A stretch of 63,979 bases of DNA, the filler included, from Rhabdomonas costata (Eukaryota): the NCBI GenBank assembly GCA_019059605.1. It is 49 parts of 49 records of this genome, joined end to end, with 100 filler letters (N's around TTAATTAATTAA, not from the genome) between each part and the next. Parts side by side here need not be neighbours in the genome. Positions count along the whole stretch, not along the records: positions 34,004 to 35,211 come from JAHMHO010023586.1; positions 35,312 to 36,519 come from JAHMHO010023587.1; positions 36,620 to 37,827 come from JAHMHO010023588.1; positions 37,928 to 39,134 come from JAHMHO010023589.1; positions 39,235 to 40,442 come from JAHMHO010023590.1; positions 40,543 to 41,750 come from JAHMHO010023591.1; positions 41,851 to 43,058 come from JAHMHO010023592.1; positions 43,159 to 44,365 come from JAHMHO010023593.1; 41 more parts are not named here. One strand, given 5' to 3'. A program made the translations under genes and the position numbers. The notes under the pieces are model-generated. The model did no database searches. It saw only the letters and a list, made by a program, of their open reading frames with translations, and was not told where the DNA came from. Positions 35,211-47,415 of this stretch are shown one piece after another (the stretch's first letter is position 1; each line of letters starts with the position of its first letter).

Positions 35211-37984
35211 TNNNNNNNNNNNNNNNNNNNNNNNNNNNNNNNNNNNNNNNNNNNNTTAATTAATTAANNNNNNNNNNNNNNNNNNNNNNNNNNNNNNNNN
35301 NNNNNNNNNNNAGGAGGACGGCTGAAGCTGGCCCTCACACAGCATTTTCAACGCAAACACACATCGTGTATTGTCTGGCTCCATGTGTAGTTGTTTTGCT
35401 GGTTGTGCATGCACTGTGTGCTTGTATGGAGGATGTTGCTTTGTAACTTGTTGGCTTCACCGTGAGCAGTATGTCGTTCGCATATCCAGGATTGCGGTTA
35501 TAGGGGGGGGGTGCACGAGTTTTCTTAAGACAGCCAATCCAATGGCACTCTTGCCAGCGAGGAATCGAGAGCAGCATGCGTTCGTCCTTTGTTTGGCCCT
35601 AACCCGAACCACAGTCCTGTAGAGCTGACATTGGGCAAGACGGTGTGCTTGAGGAAAAGGACATTGGTCTCTTGTCCCAACCTCTCACCCGCCGTTTCAG
35701 TGTTTCTCTACTTTGAGTGTTTTTTGTGCTTCCTCTGGCGGGATGCCCCTCAGCCGCTGCTGAGGGGTTGTTCCGGGACTGCTCTTTGAGCGAGGCACCC
35801 CGCTACGGCCAGCCGTCTACTCACCCTACTTTGGCCTGTTGTTGAGTAGGAACCGTGGACAGATCTGAGTGCCAGTGGGTGGAGGCATTTATTCGCGGAA
35901 CATTTTCCATCCAGAATGGCCTCACATCGCTTTGGGGGAATCGTTGCCGCAGGCGAGGTGAGCTCAGGGGGCGTTAAACCCCTTCCCTTGGACCCATTCG
36001 TGGCCCTCAATGAGATCCCAGGAAGGATTCCTTCCCCGGGGAAGGCCTTGGGTGCATCTACAGGTAGTGCAGGGGTGGGAGGAACGGTCTCCCCGCTCTC
36101 CAAGGGCTCTTTGGGGGGCTCCCGGTCGCGGTGTGCGGCCCCTGTGGTGCAGTGGAGGGAGCACTCCGTGGAGCGTGCACAGCACCAGGTCTCGCAGAGC
36201 CGCCCCTCACCGCGCTGTTTGAGCATGGTATAGAAGGTCGGCTTCATTGCTTTGCTGCGAGGTGCGACAACCCAGGGTAACGCCCACACGCTTTTCCTTT
36301 TTTGCTCCGCAGTGCTTGTGCACAGGGCAGCTGTTGTGTTACGGTTGGGTCTGAGGGTCAATGGTCTGTTGTATTGCCTTAGGGGTATGGGGTTGAGATT
36401 GGTTGCTCTTTTGGTTGCTTTTCGTCCCCCTTTCTTCGAATTTTCTCCGTTTTGCCTGGATAATCTCCCCTTCACCGTATTCTGCAGTCGAGTTACGACC
36501 TTACGTTCTCCTAACCAACNNNNNNNNNNNNNNNNNNNNNNNNNNNNNNNNNNNNNNNNNNNNTTAATTAATTAANNNNNNNNNNNNNNNNNNNNNNNNN
36601 NNNNNNNNNNNNNNNNNNNTGTGGGGGGGTTGCCGTCAGCGACGAGGGCGTGGGGCGTGTGGAAAGCGAGTCTTTGATTTCTTTCCCGCGATGGTATCTG
36701 GGCAAGCTTTATCTGCGTGGTCTTCGGACGGCCACCGCGGCGAGCACCACCTCCGTTCATGTGTTCGGACCTTCCGCAGAGGGGGGCAGTTCCAACTCTC
36801 GGCTGTCTGCGGACACCATGTTTGGGTTGGCGCTTGCGATGCCTTTTCGACAGAGATTTGACCAGCTGAAGGCCCTTCTTCAAAGCGCCGGTGTTGGGTC
36901 AGGCAACCCCTGTTCCAGCGCTGCGGTGGACCGCCACACGGTCATTGATTGCTTCATGAAGGCTGTGGTTTCCGAGCTGGCAAGCGAGCTTGAGGAAATG
37001 TTCGGCTTCACGCGGTGCGCGCGCGAAGTTTGGGACAGCCTGCCGCGAACACAATTTATTATCCATGAGGCCAATGACCCAGCCTTCATCGAAGCATCGC
37101 CAGATGTCAAGCAGGTCCTCCTGGAGTCGCTCGCCCTCCGCATGCCCTTGCGCAGGGCATCGCGGTATGGTACGCGCCATTCGGTCGTCGGGCCGCGGCC
37201 GCCGCAATGCTGCGCTTGACCATTGAGCCCGTTGTTGAAGCATGGTATGGGAAAGCGGGGACTGCGGCAGTTCGCCAAGCCCAGGACCGTGTGAAGCAGC
37301 AGGGTCGTGCGGCGTATTCGGCCATGAAAGCAGCCCATCGCAACGGGAGCACTGCGGGGGTAGCTTTCTTGCGACGGTGTTTGACTACTGCATCCGCCCT
37401 CCGCTGTTGCGCAATGGAAGCTCGCAGCGAGCGCAGGCTGTTCGTGACACGGATGCTGCCCGACACGTGTCACCTGGGGTGTGGACAATGGAGCAATGGT
37501 CCGCTGCAGTCCGGGCCGAGCGAGAGCGCAGCCAGCTGGCAGAAAGATTTTTCGTCACGTCGTCCCAAGAGCGAGCCGAGCTTTTGGAAGGTTTGGCCGG
37601 AGGCTCCGACAACGTTCCGGTTGACGAACCAGTGAAGTGACGTGCTGTCGTTCTTGAAGGCCTAGCCTCAGCAGCGAGTGCAGCAGCAGAGCTGAGAGCG
37701 TCCACGCCAGCCGAAGGAAGCTGTCCCTCCCCCGGGCCTACCACAAGTAAGTATCAAGGACCGGCAATTTCCCATTTTGTTTTCAACCCGCTGTCCGTTG
37801 CGTTTACCGAGTGAAAGAGTGAGATGANNNNNNNNNNNNNNNNNNNNNNNNNNNNNNNNNNNNNNNNNNNNTTAATTAATTAANNNNNNNNNNNNNNNNN
37901 NNNNNNNNNNNNNNNNNNNNNNNNNNNGGGGTTTGGGGCGACATGCGACACATTTTTATGCTTCGTTGTGCTTCGTTTTCACAG

Positions 37985-39100
37985 GTTCGGACAAATGCGT
38001 TGAAAGGGTTTCCTCTAATCTGCAAAGATTCAAAGGGCGTTGTGCAAGCTGAATCAGTGGAAAAAGTTGCTGGTCTCATGGTTCAGCTCTGCGTGGTTCA
38101 CAAAGGTGGCAATTTTCCGCCTTCAATTCAGTTCAGTAGCCATGCTCAGAGTGCACTTTCAGGTGACTACGAAAGTGCATTTAAGCTCGTGGCAAGAGTT
38201 TGCAGCCATTTTTTGGGGGCTGAACCCAACCGGGCTTGGCTTGTTAGCAGGCCCATCCCGCTCTTTACAGCGGTGATATAAAAATTTTCCCTCAAAATTT
38301 CGATTTTGGAAAACTTTGACGTCACCATATATATTTGCATTTTTAGCGTTCCTATAAAAGAGGGGGGCCATTTAACATACTTAACCGAACCCCGGCGCAC
38401 CTTCTAACAAGACTAAGCGACCAAGCCAGTTAAGACGTCACCCACCAGCACACCGGAGGCCTCTCTCGCTCCAACGTTCCGCCGCCTTATCCTTTCTTTC
38501 CGAGTGCCACGTCAACGTTTTTGCGATATTTCTTTCTCTCAAGCATGGAAAACAGTAACTATGTTCGAGCCTCGCTTTACCCACAGACAACCCAAAGGAA
38601 GTCACCATTTGCCGAGAAAACATCGACCGACTTATCCGGATGGACGTGAAAGGCGTCTGTGGGCAGCTGCTCGCGTTTTTGGAGACTGCCGAGGGAGATG
38701 ACTCGGACACCATCAGGGAGGTTTTTTGTAAGATACTCAAAGAGAAGGTACGCACCTGAGAGTTTAAGTTGGGACCACAAAAAAACTAGCCCTTTCTCTT
38801 TTTCATTTTTTGTTCGCTTTTTCCAAGGTGATGAGCAATGCCAGTACGCTGGTGCGGCCGTCGGAGGATGTCGAAGAGTTTTTGAAGACGAGAATAGCGA
38901 AGGTTTGTGTTCAGCCCAAAGCACGCATTTCTTGCAACCGGGCGCTCTCCAGACTTTTGTGCTGCGAACACCCAGAGAGTACTGCTGTCTTAAGAGAACC
39001 TGCTGGCTCACATGTTTAGGTCCTTGAGGTGGCATCTGAGCAGGAGTTCAAGTTTCTGGTTGACGTGCTGCGGCAATTGAAGATCTTCGAGTCTGGGCAG
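37985..39100 (+). CDS. API5: Apoptosis inhibitor 5, four exons (37985-38105, 38587-38747, 38828-38902, 39020-~39100)
   Basis: VRTNALKGFPLICKD..VEKVAGLMVQL, LIRMDVKG, TIREVFCKILKEK|V, LVRPSEDVEEFL, SEQEFKFLVDVLRQLKIF are collinear with API5; all introns are GT-AG and in phase. Confidence 0.8.
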
Positions 39101-39330
39101 AAACATGAACTCCTGCTCAGATGCCACCCCAAAANNNNNNNNNNNNNNNNNNNNNNNNNNNNNNNNNNNNNNNNNNNNTTAATTAATTAANNNNNNNNNN
39201 NNNNNNNNNNNNNNNNNNNNNNNNNNNNNNNNNNTTTTCTGTGCACCAATGCACCAATGGCAAGTAAACAAAGCAACTCCAGGGACAGCCGAACCTTTTT
39301 GCCCGTGCCATTATTTGGCTTGTCCATCAG

Positions 39331-40441
39331 GCCCTTCAAGCGGTTCCACCGCTTTGACATCCGAAACTCTGGGCTGTACAAATGCGCCGACCTGCAAGAG
39401 CAGCTCGACAACATCTTCGTGCCCGTATGGGAGGCCTCCGTCTATCCCGAGCAGTATCCAGGTGACACACATGCCCACCGTCGCACAGGGAAGCCTCTTC
39501 CATCAACTACACTTTGTTCTCCTGGCCGAGAACGATTTTTCTCCACCTGCCCGACAATCGCCCTCCTGCACAGTGGCCGTGGAGCGACAATCCTCCAGGA
39601 ATGGATGGGGTTCCTCTGCCCTCTGTTTTTACGCTATCACCACATGTCATGTTCCCTTTTCGTTATACTTGCGTTGTTGCTGACGGATCTATCTTTGGTT
39701 CCTTGCCTACCTGATTGAGTTTCCTACGCTCAGTTTTTCTAACTGCGCTCACGTTGATGTCATGGGAAACCCAACCTTCAAGTTGGGAACGCGAGAAGTG
39801 GAGTTTCTTTCTTTCTTTCTCTTTCCCCGCTGCGTGGGCGCCAGACATTTACTTCAACTACTACATCTGGGCCAACCTTACTGCTCTAAATGACTACCGC
39901 GCCCGCAAGGGGATGAGCACTCTGCTGTTCCGACCCAATTGCGGAGAGGTGCAAGTCCAAATGACTTTTTTCCAGAGGGATTGTCATCGTTTTGTGTCAG
40001 TGGGTCTGCTACTCTGGATCTGCTTTCAGCCTTGCCATTTGCAATGATGAATGCCAGTGTTTGAAACTATGCTCTGTGTGGAGCGTTGAGGTACTGGCTC
40101 TGTGGTGAGCTGCCGAGATGAGGACTTGACAAGACCCAGAAGCCGAAGATTCGGGGACAGCACCACGGTCACGACTCTTCCGTGGTCAGAAGCAGATGTT
40201 CTGAGAGTCCTCAGACAGAAAGTGGAGGCAATTATAATGCGAAATTCCCATGGCAAGTGGAAAAAACGGCATAGGAGGAGAGTGGAGAGCCCGCCGACAA
40301 TGTGAAGTTCAAGGAGTTGAGGCCGTTGAGGCCATTCTATGCCTGGAGCAGTCTTGCGTCCCAGCACCCTATGGGTACTACCACTGCATGTATATGTGTG
40401 CAGGTGGGCAACCTGGACCATCTGGTGTCCGGGTACCACCA
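39331..40441 (+). CDS. AMP deaminase-like protein, internal exons
   Basis: QEQLDNIFVPVWEASVYPEQYP, PPAQWPWSDNPP, DIYFNYYIWANLTALNDYRARKGMSTLLFRPNCGE|VGNLDHLVSGY; exon chain partly unresolved. Confidence 0.85.
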
Positions 40442-41574
40442 CNNNNNNNNNNNNNNNNNNNNNNNNNNNNNNNNNNNNNNNNNNNNTTAATTAATTAANN
40501 NNNNNNNNNNNNNNNNNNNNNNNNNNNNNNNNNNNNNNNNNNTGTTGTTTTGAACTCGGGCTGTTGGTAAAGACACCCAGGACACCTGAAGTTAACGTTC
40601 CAGTCACGCATTAACCAACAGAAAAGAAACAAGAAAGGCCCACTTGAGGAGCTGAGACTACGAAAGGGGCAGGCGGACAAAGAAGAGCAGCACGGATGTA
40701 TCAGGAGGCAAATTCGTTAGCAAAGAATATAATGAGCAAACGGGGCAAAGAACTCCGGGAAAGGGGGAGGCACACCCTCGCCGGGAGGGTGTGGTGGCCA
40801 AGAGCAGCCCCGTTAGCTTCGTCATTAGCTCAGAGCTCACAGCTCGCCCCCTGGCCTCAGGGGGCCGCGCCAGGGTAGGCTGCGCACGAGCAGCGGGGCT
40901 GACCCGCTGTGCCATTCAAACGTTCTCAGAAAAACTTCCTGGGTTCAGGGTTGTGGTTCTTCACACCACTCTGCACAAGCATGCAGAGAAGTCGGTTCGC
41001 TGGTTACCCGCCGTCACCGCATCACAAACAAGAAGGCCATACAACAGTGGGAAAGAGGACCGGGCAGCGAAGAAATGACATGCACAAAATAAGCTAAAAC
41101 AGAGAGATTGCTGGCGAAAGGAACATCAGCTGGGCAAATGGCTTGGGGTTGAGGAGAACCCAGACGGTGGAGGTGGTGGTGGTGGTGGTGGTTGTGGGCT
41201 GAATATTGGAGGAAACGCAGAACGGTAAAAAAGGTAAACCCAGAAGAAAGCAGAAAACTGGTCTCCACCTAAATTGGGTCCCCCGGTTATGGCTGTCACG
41301 GCGTCTCCCACAGCCCGGGACGCTACGACCAATAATTAACGAAAGAACAGGTGCGCACACTGCCACATACGCGCTTGTGCAAAAGCTGGGGTCTCCCAGT
41401 AACAAACGCACTTCGATGCAGTGAAGATGTAAACGGATTGCAACAGTGGGCGCGAAGCCCAGGCGCACGCGCGGTCCCTCAATCCTGTCTCAAAACTGGA
41501 CCGACTCAATCCAAGGAGGGCAGCCCATGGGAAGCCCCACCGTGTACGCCCCCCTCGCCCTTCTCCCGCACCCC

Positions 41575-41717
41575 ATGCCGCAGCTCCGCAATGGCGCGGT
41601 AGAAGAATCGCCGCCCTACAAAGCCCTCCCCTGCGGTTGCCGCGGCCAGGGCAGCCTCGTTGCACAGAGTGCTGACGTGCGCTGGGGTCAGCCCAATGCA
41701 CTCCCGCGCCAGCTCCC
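41575..41717 (-). CDS. AAA+ ATPase lid-domain exon (FtsH/Cdc48-like)
   Basis: ELARECIGLTPAHVSTLCNEAALAAA...VGRRFFYRAI after a TTTCAG acceptor. Confidence 0.7.
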
Positions 41718-43165
41718 TGAAACAAGGACCAGCACCTCCTACCCCCACCCNNNNNNNNNNNNNNNNNNNNNNNNNNNNNNNNNNNNNNNNNNNNTTAATT
41801 AATTAANNNNNNNNNNNNNNNNNNNNNNNNNNNNNNNNNNNNNNNNNNNNGGTGGTGTTGGGGGCGAGGAGGTGGAGAGAGCATTCCGACAGAAGACACG
41901 AGCGTAGCGAGTAGGAATGGGAATAGAGGTGGAGTAGCGTACCGCGTAGCTTGGAGCGAATGAACAACGCATTACGAGCGGGGCAAGGAACGACGTAGGA
42001 GTGACGAGCGTAGTGAGAGCGTTGCCGTAGGCGGTCTTCATCTTCTCTTACCCGTAGCATTTGAGGTCCCGAGAATGAGGAGGATAAAAGAAGCATGGGA
42101 GCGCAGCGCCCATGCGACCAGTATACCATCCTTGTCGTCTGCATTCTCAGTCCTTCAAATGCATACTCCTCTCTCCCTCCTCCCTACCCACCTGCCACAC
42201 CGCATCTTTTCAATTACATAAGGGGCTTACAGGATGCTCCTTCCTGGCATAGCCACAGCCAATACCCGCAGTCAAGGTTACGTTGAAGGTAGCGGTAGGA
42301 ACGAAGCATGGATCTGAGCGCAGCGAAGGAGCCAGGCGGAGGAGGAATACAAGAAGGGCATCGTAGATAGGATACACCACTTTCACTCTCTCATACCTGG
42401 TTGGATGTTGGCATCTACGCTTCGACGCACCCTTCGACTCCAACACGCAACCCCTACACCATCCCAAAGCCCTCAGAAGCACAGCCATCAGAATCCACAC
42501 ACAGAAGCGTTACAGAAGCAGGACAGACACCAGCATCACCAAGTACACCACTAGCGCTCGAAACCATCACGTCACCAACCCTCACATCCACAGCCCCTCA
42601 AATTTACGCATCACCTTCCAACATCCCTCAACCCGCGGCAGCAAGCACAACATCAAGAACAACATCAACGCTACCCTCCACATCCACCGTGCAAGCCAAG
42701 ACACCCTCACCACATCCTACCCACTAGAAACAGAGAGCATGGTTGGGGGAATCGGAACACACACAGAAGGAAGAGACACAGCAGCGTAAACCCAGCACAG
42801 CATCAACGTCACCACTCAACCCACCAATACCCCCAGCGCCTCGAACCACCACACCCACAACACCAGCAACAGAGACAGGAACATGCACCAACACAGCACT
42901 AGCATCAACCATCACACTCCAACACACGAACCCATCCACCCCAACCGCAACAAACACACCCTGAGAGCCTAGAACGCAGGAACCATCAACGTGCACTACA
43001 GAAGCACTAACAACGGAAGCATCGACACCACTACCCACCAACTGCAACACAACACACCNNNNNNNNNNNNNNNNNNNNNNNNNNNNNNNNNNNNNNNNNN
43101 NNTTAATTAATTAANNNNNNNNNNNNNNNNNNNNNNNNNNNNNNNNNNNNNNNNNNNNTGTGGGG

Positions 43166-43349
43166 GTTGAACCGTGTTGTTGGTTCGCAATTCATAGAAG
43201 TACATTAATGAGCCCAAGGGTCATCTTGAACCCAGCCTTTATGGAAAAGGGGAGCCTGTGCCACCAAATCCCATAAAGGCTGGGTTCAAGATGACCCTTG
43301 GGCTCATTAATGTACTTCTATGAATTGCGAACCAACAACACGGTTCAAC
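43166..43349. repeat. Perfect inverted repeat of about 79 bp at a contig end (fold-back chimera)
   Basis: 43166-43244 is the reverse complement of 43271-43349. Same pattern at 13081-13147, 18149-18203, 27190-27356, 39028-39128, 53623-53771, 56017-56128 and 61143-61365. Confidence 0.85.
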
Positions 43350-43386
43350 ACCCACGCCATCAAAGGGCATTGAAGAGGAAGCGTAC

Positions 43387-44365
43387 CGTGCCCAGTCCAA
43401 TCTCGTGCATGTTGGTAAGTCAAATCAAGATCGCCCCGGCCCCACGCAGGCGCCGAATGGCCGTAGCTTCCTCGCCAGGATCCATCACTTTGTGCTTGAC
43501 CAAGGTGGTGCCCACAGTTGTGGTGAACCCCTCCGCCATAAGCTCTGTCTTCGCCAAGATTGGAATGCCCTGCACAGAAGGCGTTCATGCACCCACTACC
43601 AGCTTCAGAAAATAATCCAAGAGACAGAAGCAGGTTCTTTCCTATGGGCCTGTGGCGGCCACTCCACTTGTAATGGCGCATATCTACGGCCTTGATATCA
43701 TATACATAACAGGGGCATCACACGCATCACACGCACCACATCACACGCACACACACACACATACACACCGGCTATATAAAGGCAACGAGTTGCACCAGTC
43801 ACACCTCCAGCCGGCGCGCAGTTCCCAGCTTGTAGCGCTCTGCTGAGTGCCTGGCAAACTCCAGCGCTTTTGTGGCTTGTGTCTCAACCACCGCATTCAA
43901 GGCGTCATCTCGGTTGGACCTCTTCACTGCCTCCAGGACTGCACCCACCAGTTCCACCGGCGAGAACGCCCCAGAGCGGTACTGCTCGATAAGGTCATCG
44001 ATATCATTCCAGCGGAATTTCAGGTTGCCGTAACCCACGGCATACCTCTGGCGGCCGTCCAGGGCCTGCAAGGCAGCCGCGGTGACATCCGCGGAGCGGG
44101 CCCGCTCTTCCTCGGCGGCTTCGGGGCTGATCACCGGGAAAAACGTGGGCGGAATGCTTGGGCTGAGCCGGCTGGCAAACTGTCGGACAAAGCCGAAGTC
44201 GTTCTCAGCCAGCAGCAACGAGCCCAGTGCATGGGAGAAGGGGAATGTAGTGACCAGCGTGGCCATCACGCGCAGGCCAAAGCCAGCCAACCGGGGCGCC
44301 GTCGCCGCCTTCAGGTCGTAGTGCACGTCGAGAAAGGGTTCGCCATCCGGGTCCACCCCCCCCAC
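43387..44365 (-). CDS. Amidase-signature family (plant FAAH-like), exons 44365-43805 and 43569-43387, with in-frame TGA
   Basis: YDLKAATAPRLAG, YRSGAFSPVELV, ARHSAERYKLGTARRLE|GIPILAK...TTVGT...RRLRGAGAILI*LTNMHEIGLGT. Confidence 0.88.
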
Positions 44366-44760
44366 NNNNNNNNNNNNNNNNNNNNNNNNNNNNNNNNNNN
44401 NNNNNNNNNTTAATTAATTAANNNNNNNNNNNNNNNNNNNNNNNNNNNNNNNNNNNNNNNNNNNNGGTTGGGGGGGTGCGGCACTTCGAGACGGATTGCC
44501 AAGCTTTGGAGCAACGCCGCGTCGACACGGTTGCCGTTTCCCCCTGCTTTTTGGCGCGCGGAGGGATATCTTGAGAAAAGGTAGGATAGCGCTGAGGACT
44601 CTACCCTACTCCGACGTGGGGGCGACTCAGATGAGATGATGAGATGCTTGAGTACGTCGAGTTGTTGAGCAGTTGAACAACTGAGCGGCTGCTACAGCAG
44701 CTGTTTTTTATTAGTATTTTCAGTCGTGTCACGTGCCACGGTTGATGATTCGTGTTTTCA

Positions 44761-45643
44761 GGCAGCACAGCTCACCTCCAGAATCGGACTTATTGTGGTT
44801 GCCCACCATCATAGCTCCAAGGTGAGTCATGGCGTGAAATGTTTCCCTGCAGTTGTGTTGGTGGGTGGCTCCAGATGTTTGCCTTTCCACTGTGTTACCG
44901 TGAACCCGTTCCCATTTTCACTAACAGGAAGTTCAGCTCAAGCTGCAGCAGCTGGCCGTGGAAGAGCTCAAGGCCGAGCTCAGCAGCGTAAAGCTAGAGA
45001 AGGCGGCCGTGGAGGTGCTTCCCCCACATACGCACACAACCTGTGCCCATTTTCTAAATGTGGGACGGGTTCTTTTGCGGGAAAGCAGCTTCGCTCTCCG
45101 AATTCCCAGAAGATTCTGGATTCTGAAAGGAATCACGGCAGTATCTTGCACAGCCCTGCGTCCAACATTGTGTAACGTATAGGTGACAAACCCTGGGCGC
45201 ACACTTGCGAGCGATTAGCGATTGTTAGGAGCCCGTTTTGAACCCTACATCGCCCCGCTCCCGTATATTTTTACTTGCGCTGTGGCACTGCGTTGTAATT
45301 ATGCTCGCGAGTCAGCCCCGTGGAGCTGAGCACATTCTCCTCCCCTCTGCGAATCCAATCAGAGCCTCCCATTTTCCCTTGGGTTGCGCGACGACGCCCT
45401 TTGGCAAGTTGTCCCTCATCCTCACCAGAATCAGAGGTGGTCTCTTGCGGAGAAAAGCCAGCGGCGGGCTCACCCCTTCTCTCTTCTCTCTCTTCAAGGA
45501 GCAGCTCGGTGGGGTGGAGGACCTGCGGCAGGCCTATGACAGCCTGGGCAAGGAGCTGGCCGCGGTGCGGGAGAAGCTCCGCGTCACGGAGCTGGAGGCC
45601 GAGATCAGCGCGGACGCTCACCGCAAAGCCCTGGAGATGGCCA
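44761..45643 (+). CDS. Coiled-coil protein exons, unassigned
   Basis: AG/GT-bounded GC-rich exons EVQLKLQQLAVEELKAELSSVKLEKAAVE and EQLGGVEDLRQAYDSLGKELAAVREKL. Confidence 0.45.
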
Positions 45644-46218
45644 GGTCTTCGTTTGGGTGGCACATAAATAGTNNNNNNNNNNNNNNNNNNNNNNNNNNNN
45701 NNNNNNNNNNNNNNNNTTAATTAATTAANNNNNNNNNNNNNNNNNNNNNNNNNNNNNNNNNNNNNNNNNNNNTTGGTTCGATGGTCAGCATCCACAATCC
45801 ATAATGTCGACTGGAGGAGGGGGGGTGCTGCTCGGTGTCGCTGATGGGCACAAGACTGCTGGGGGGTAACCACTTTGAATTCGGATTCTGATGTTCTCCT
45901 ATTTCTATCACACCAGCATTTGCTGACACGGGGCACTGCCACCCCTCCCGCCCAACCATTCCCAGAGACCATGAACGGCGCCTTTTCGCCCATTGCCTCC
46001 CGTGCTGTACGTATCTATCGACCTATTCTAACCCAACCTACGTATCTAAATTCAAAATTTACGGGCTGGGATAAGGGCTGGCTTAAAAGTGGAACAAGAA
46101 ACATGACACTGTTTGAGAGAAACCCCAGGAGAACCCGTCTCACAGTGTAGAAACACCACAATAACCACAACCATAAAAAAAACACTGAACGGAAGCGGAA
46201 GCGTGAAAGAGTTTCCAC

Positions 46219-46931
46219 CTCTCTCTCAAAACAGCGCGCCAGGAGCTGGTCCAGGGCCGGGGGCAGGTTTTTTGGGATCCCTGAGGGTGGGCCTTTGGAA
46301 TTCGCGATGTGGTAGATCGCCGCCCACATCGTCTTGAACTCCTGCCACGGAGGAGAGCCCGTCAGGATCTCCACCACAGTGCACCCCAGGGACCTGAGGG
46401 GATACACAGCCACGCACCACGTGCACGCGTACCGGTATGCACTGCCCACCAATGTGTGAAAAAGCTCTCAGAGGTGGGAATAAAGTGGAGTGTGGCATAC
46501 ATTCCAGTGGAGCTGTGCTGTAATGTGTTTGGGCGTGGACTCCGGCCTGCTGCCAAATCCATCCTCGACCACGTTCTCAACGCCAAACGCACCTACAGGC
46601 ACCGACACACAGCCAGCCATGCAGACCAGATATCCGCCTTCAGGCCATATCCTCCGTCGTCGCTCATCACCTCGGGCGCCATCCTGAAATCACAGTGTGG
46701 GTGTGGGTGGTGTGGATATGTGAGGGGAGAGCCAACCACTCGCCACACGCACACGACCCACACACACTCGCCTCCCAAACCCCAATGATGCGCCACCCTT
46801 CCCTGCCTCACCTCTTCCCGCTCCTTCTCGTAACACACACATAAACAGCGTCCACCTATCACGTATAAAAGAAGGGAGGGAGGGAGGGAGGGAGACCAAA
46901 ATGGAGTTCCCACGAACGTATCGGCTCCACC
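46219..46931 (-). CDS. STE11/MAP3K-like Ser/Thr kinase, C-lobe exons
   Basis: TFVGTPFW|MAPEV...YGLKADIW|SLGCTVVEILTGSPPW...AAIYHIA...LARCFER. Confidence 0.9.
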
Positions 46932-47081
46932 CTGCAAAAGCACAAAACAGCACTACAAGTCCACCAGATATGCCCAATGGNNNNNNNNNNNNNNNNNNNN
47001 NNNNNNNNNNNNNNNNNNNNNNNNTTAATTAATTAANNNNNNNNNNNNNNNNNNNNNNNNNNNNNNNNNNNNNNNNNNNNT

Positions 47082-47415
47082 TCCCCCCCGCCTCACCCAT
47101 CTCACCCTGGGGCTTGCCAACTGCAGTCTCGGGGATGCTGGGGCCCTGGCCCTCAGCGGACTCAAGGAAAGCACGTCGCTGTGCCAGCTCAGCCTGGATC
47201 TCAACGCCAATCGTCTGTCCGTGACCGCTCTGCGTCTGGTCTCCACCCTTCTCGCGGTGGAGTCCCTGGAACAGCTGCACGTTGACTTCCGGGGGCACTG
47301 CTGGGCGGCGCGGTGCAGGTCCACAGTGGCGGCCGTGGCGAGGCAGTGGAAGGCGAGTGGCCGGAGGCTGACCTTGGTGGCCCCCGCAGCGGCCACCCCC
47401 AGTGAAATGGAGGAG
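47082..47415 (+). CDS. Leucine-rich repeat protein exon (RI-like LRRs)
   Basis: LTHLTLGLANCSLGDAGALALSGLKESTSLCQLSLDLNANRLS. Confidence 0.7.

Noticed and set aside
41851-43058. Thr/Pro/Ser-rich ORFs as a second mucin gene
   Set aside because: Interrupted by stops and lacking splice signals; more likely decayed repetitive DNA.
43166-43349. Long perfect hairpins (also 53623-53771, 61143-61365) as ncRNAs or MITEs
   Set aside because: One arm always abuts a contig end and some copy exon sequence (e.g. 39028-39128), which is typical of amplification fold-back chimeras.
43420-43422. TGA recoding (Trp/Sec) or an alternative genetic code
   Set aside because: The column is Gly, other genes use TGG for Trp, and TGA terminates PIG-Y and Bles03.
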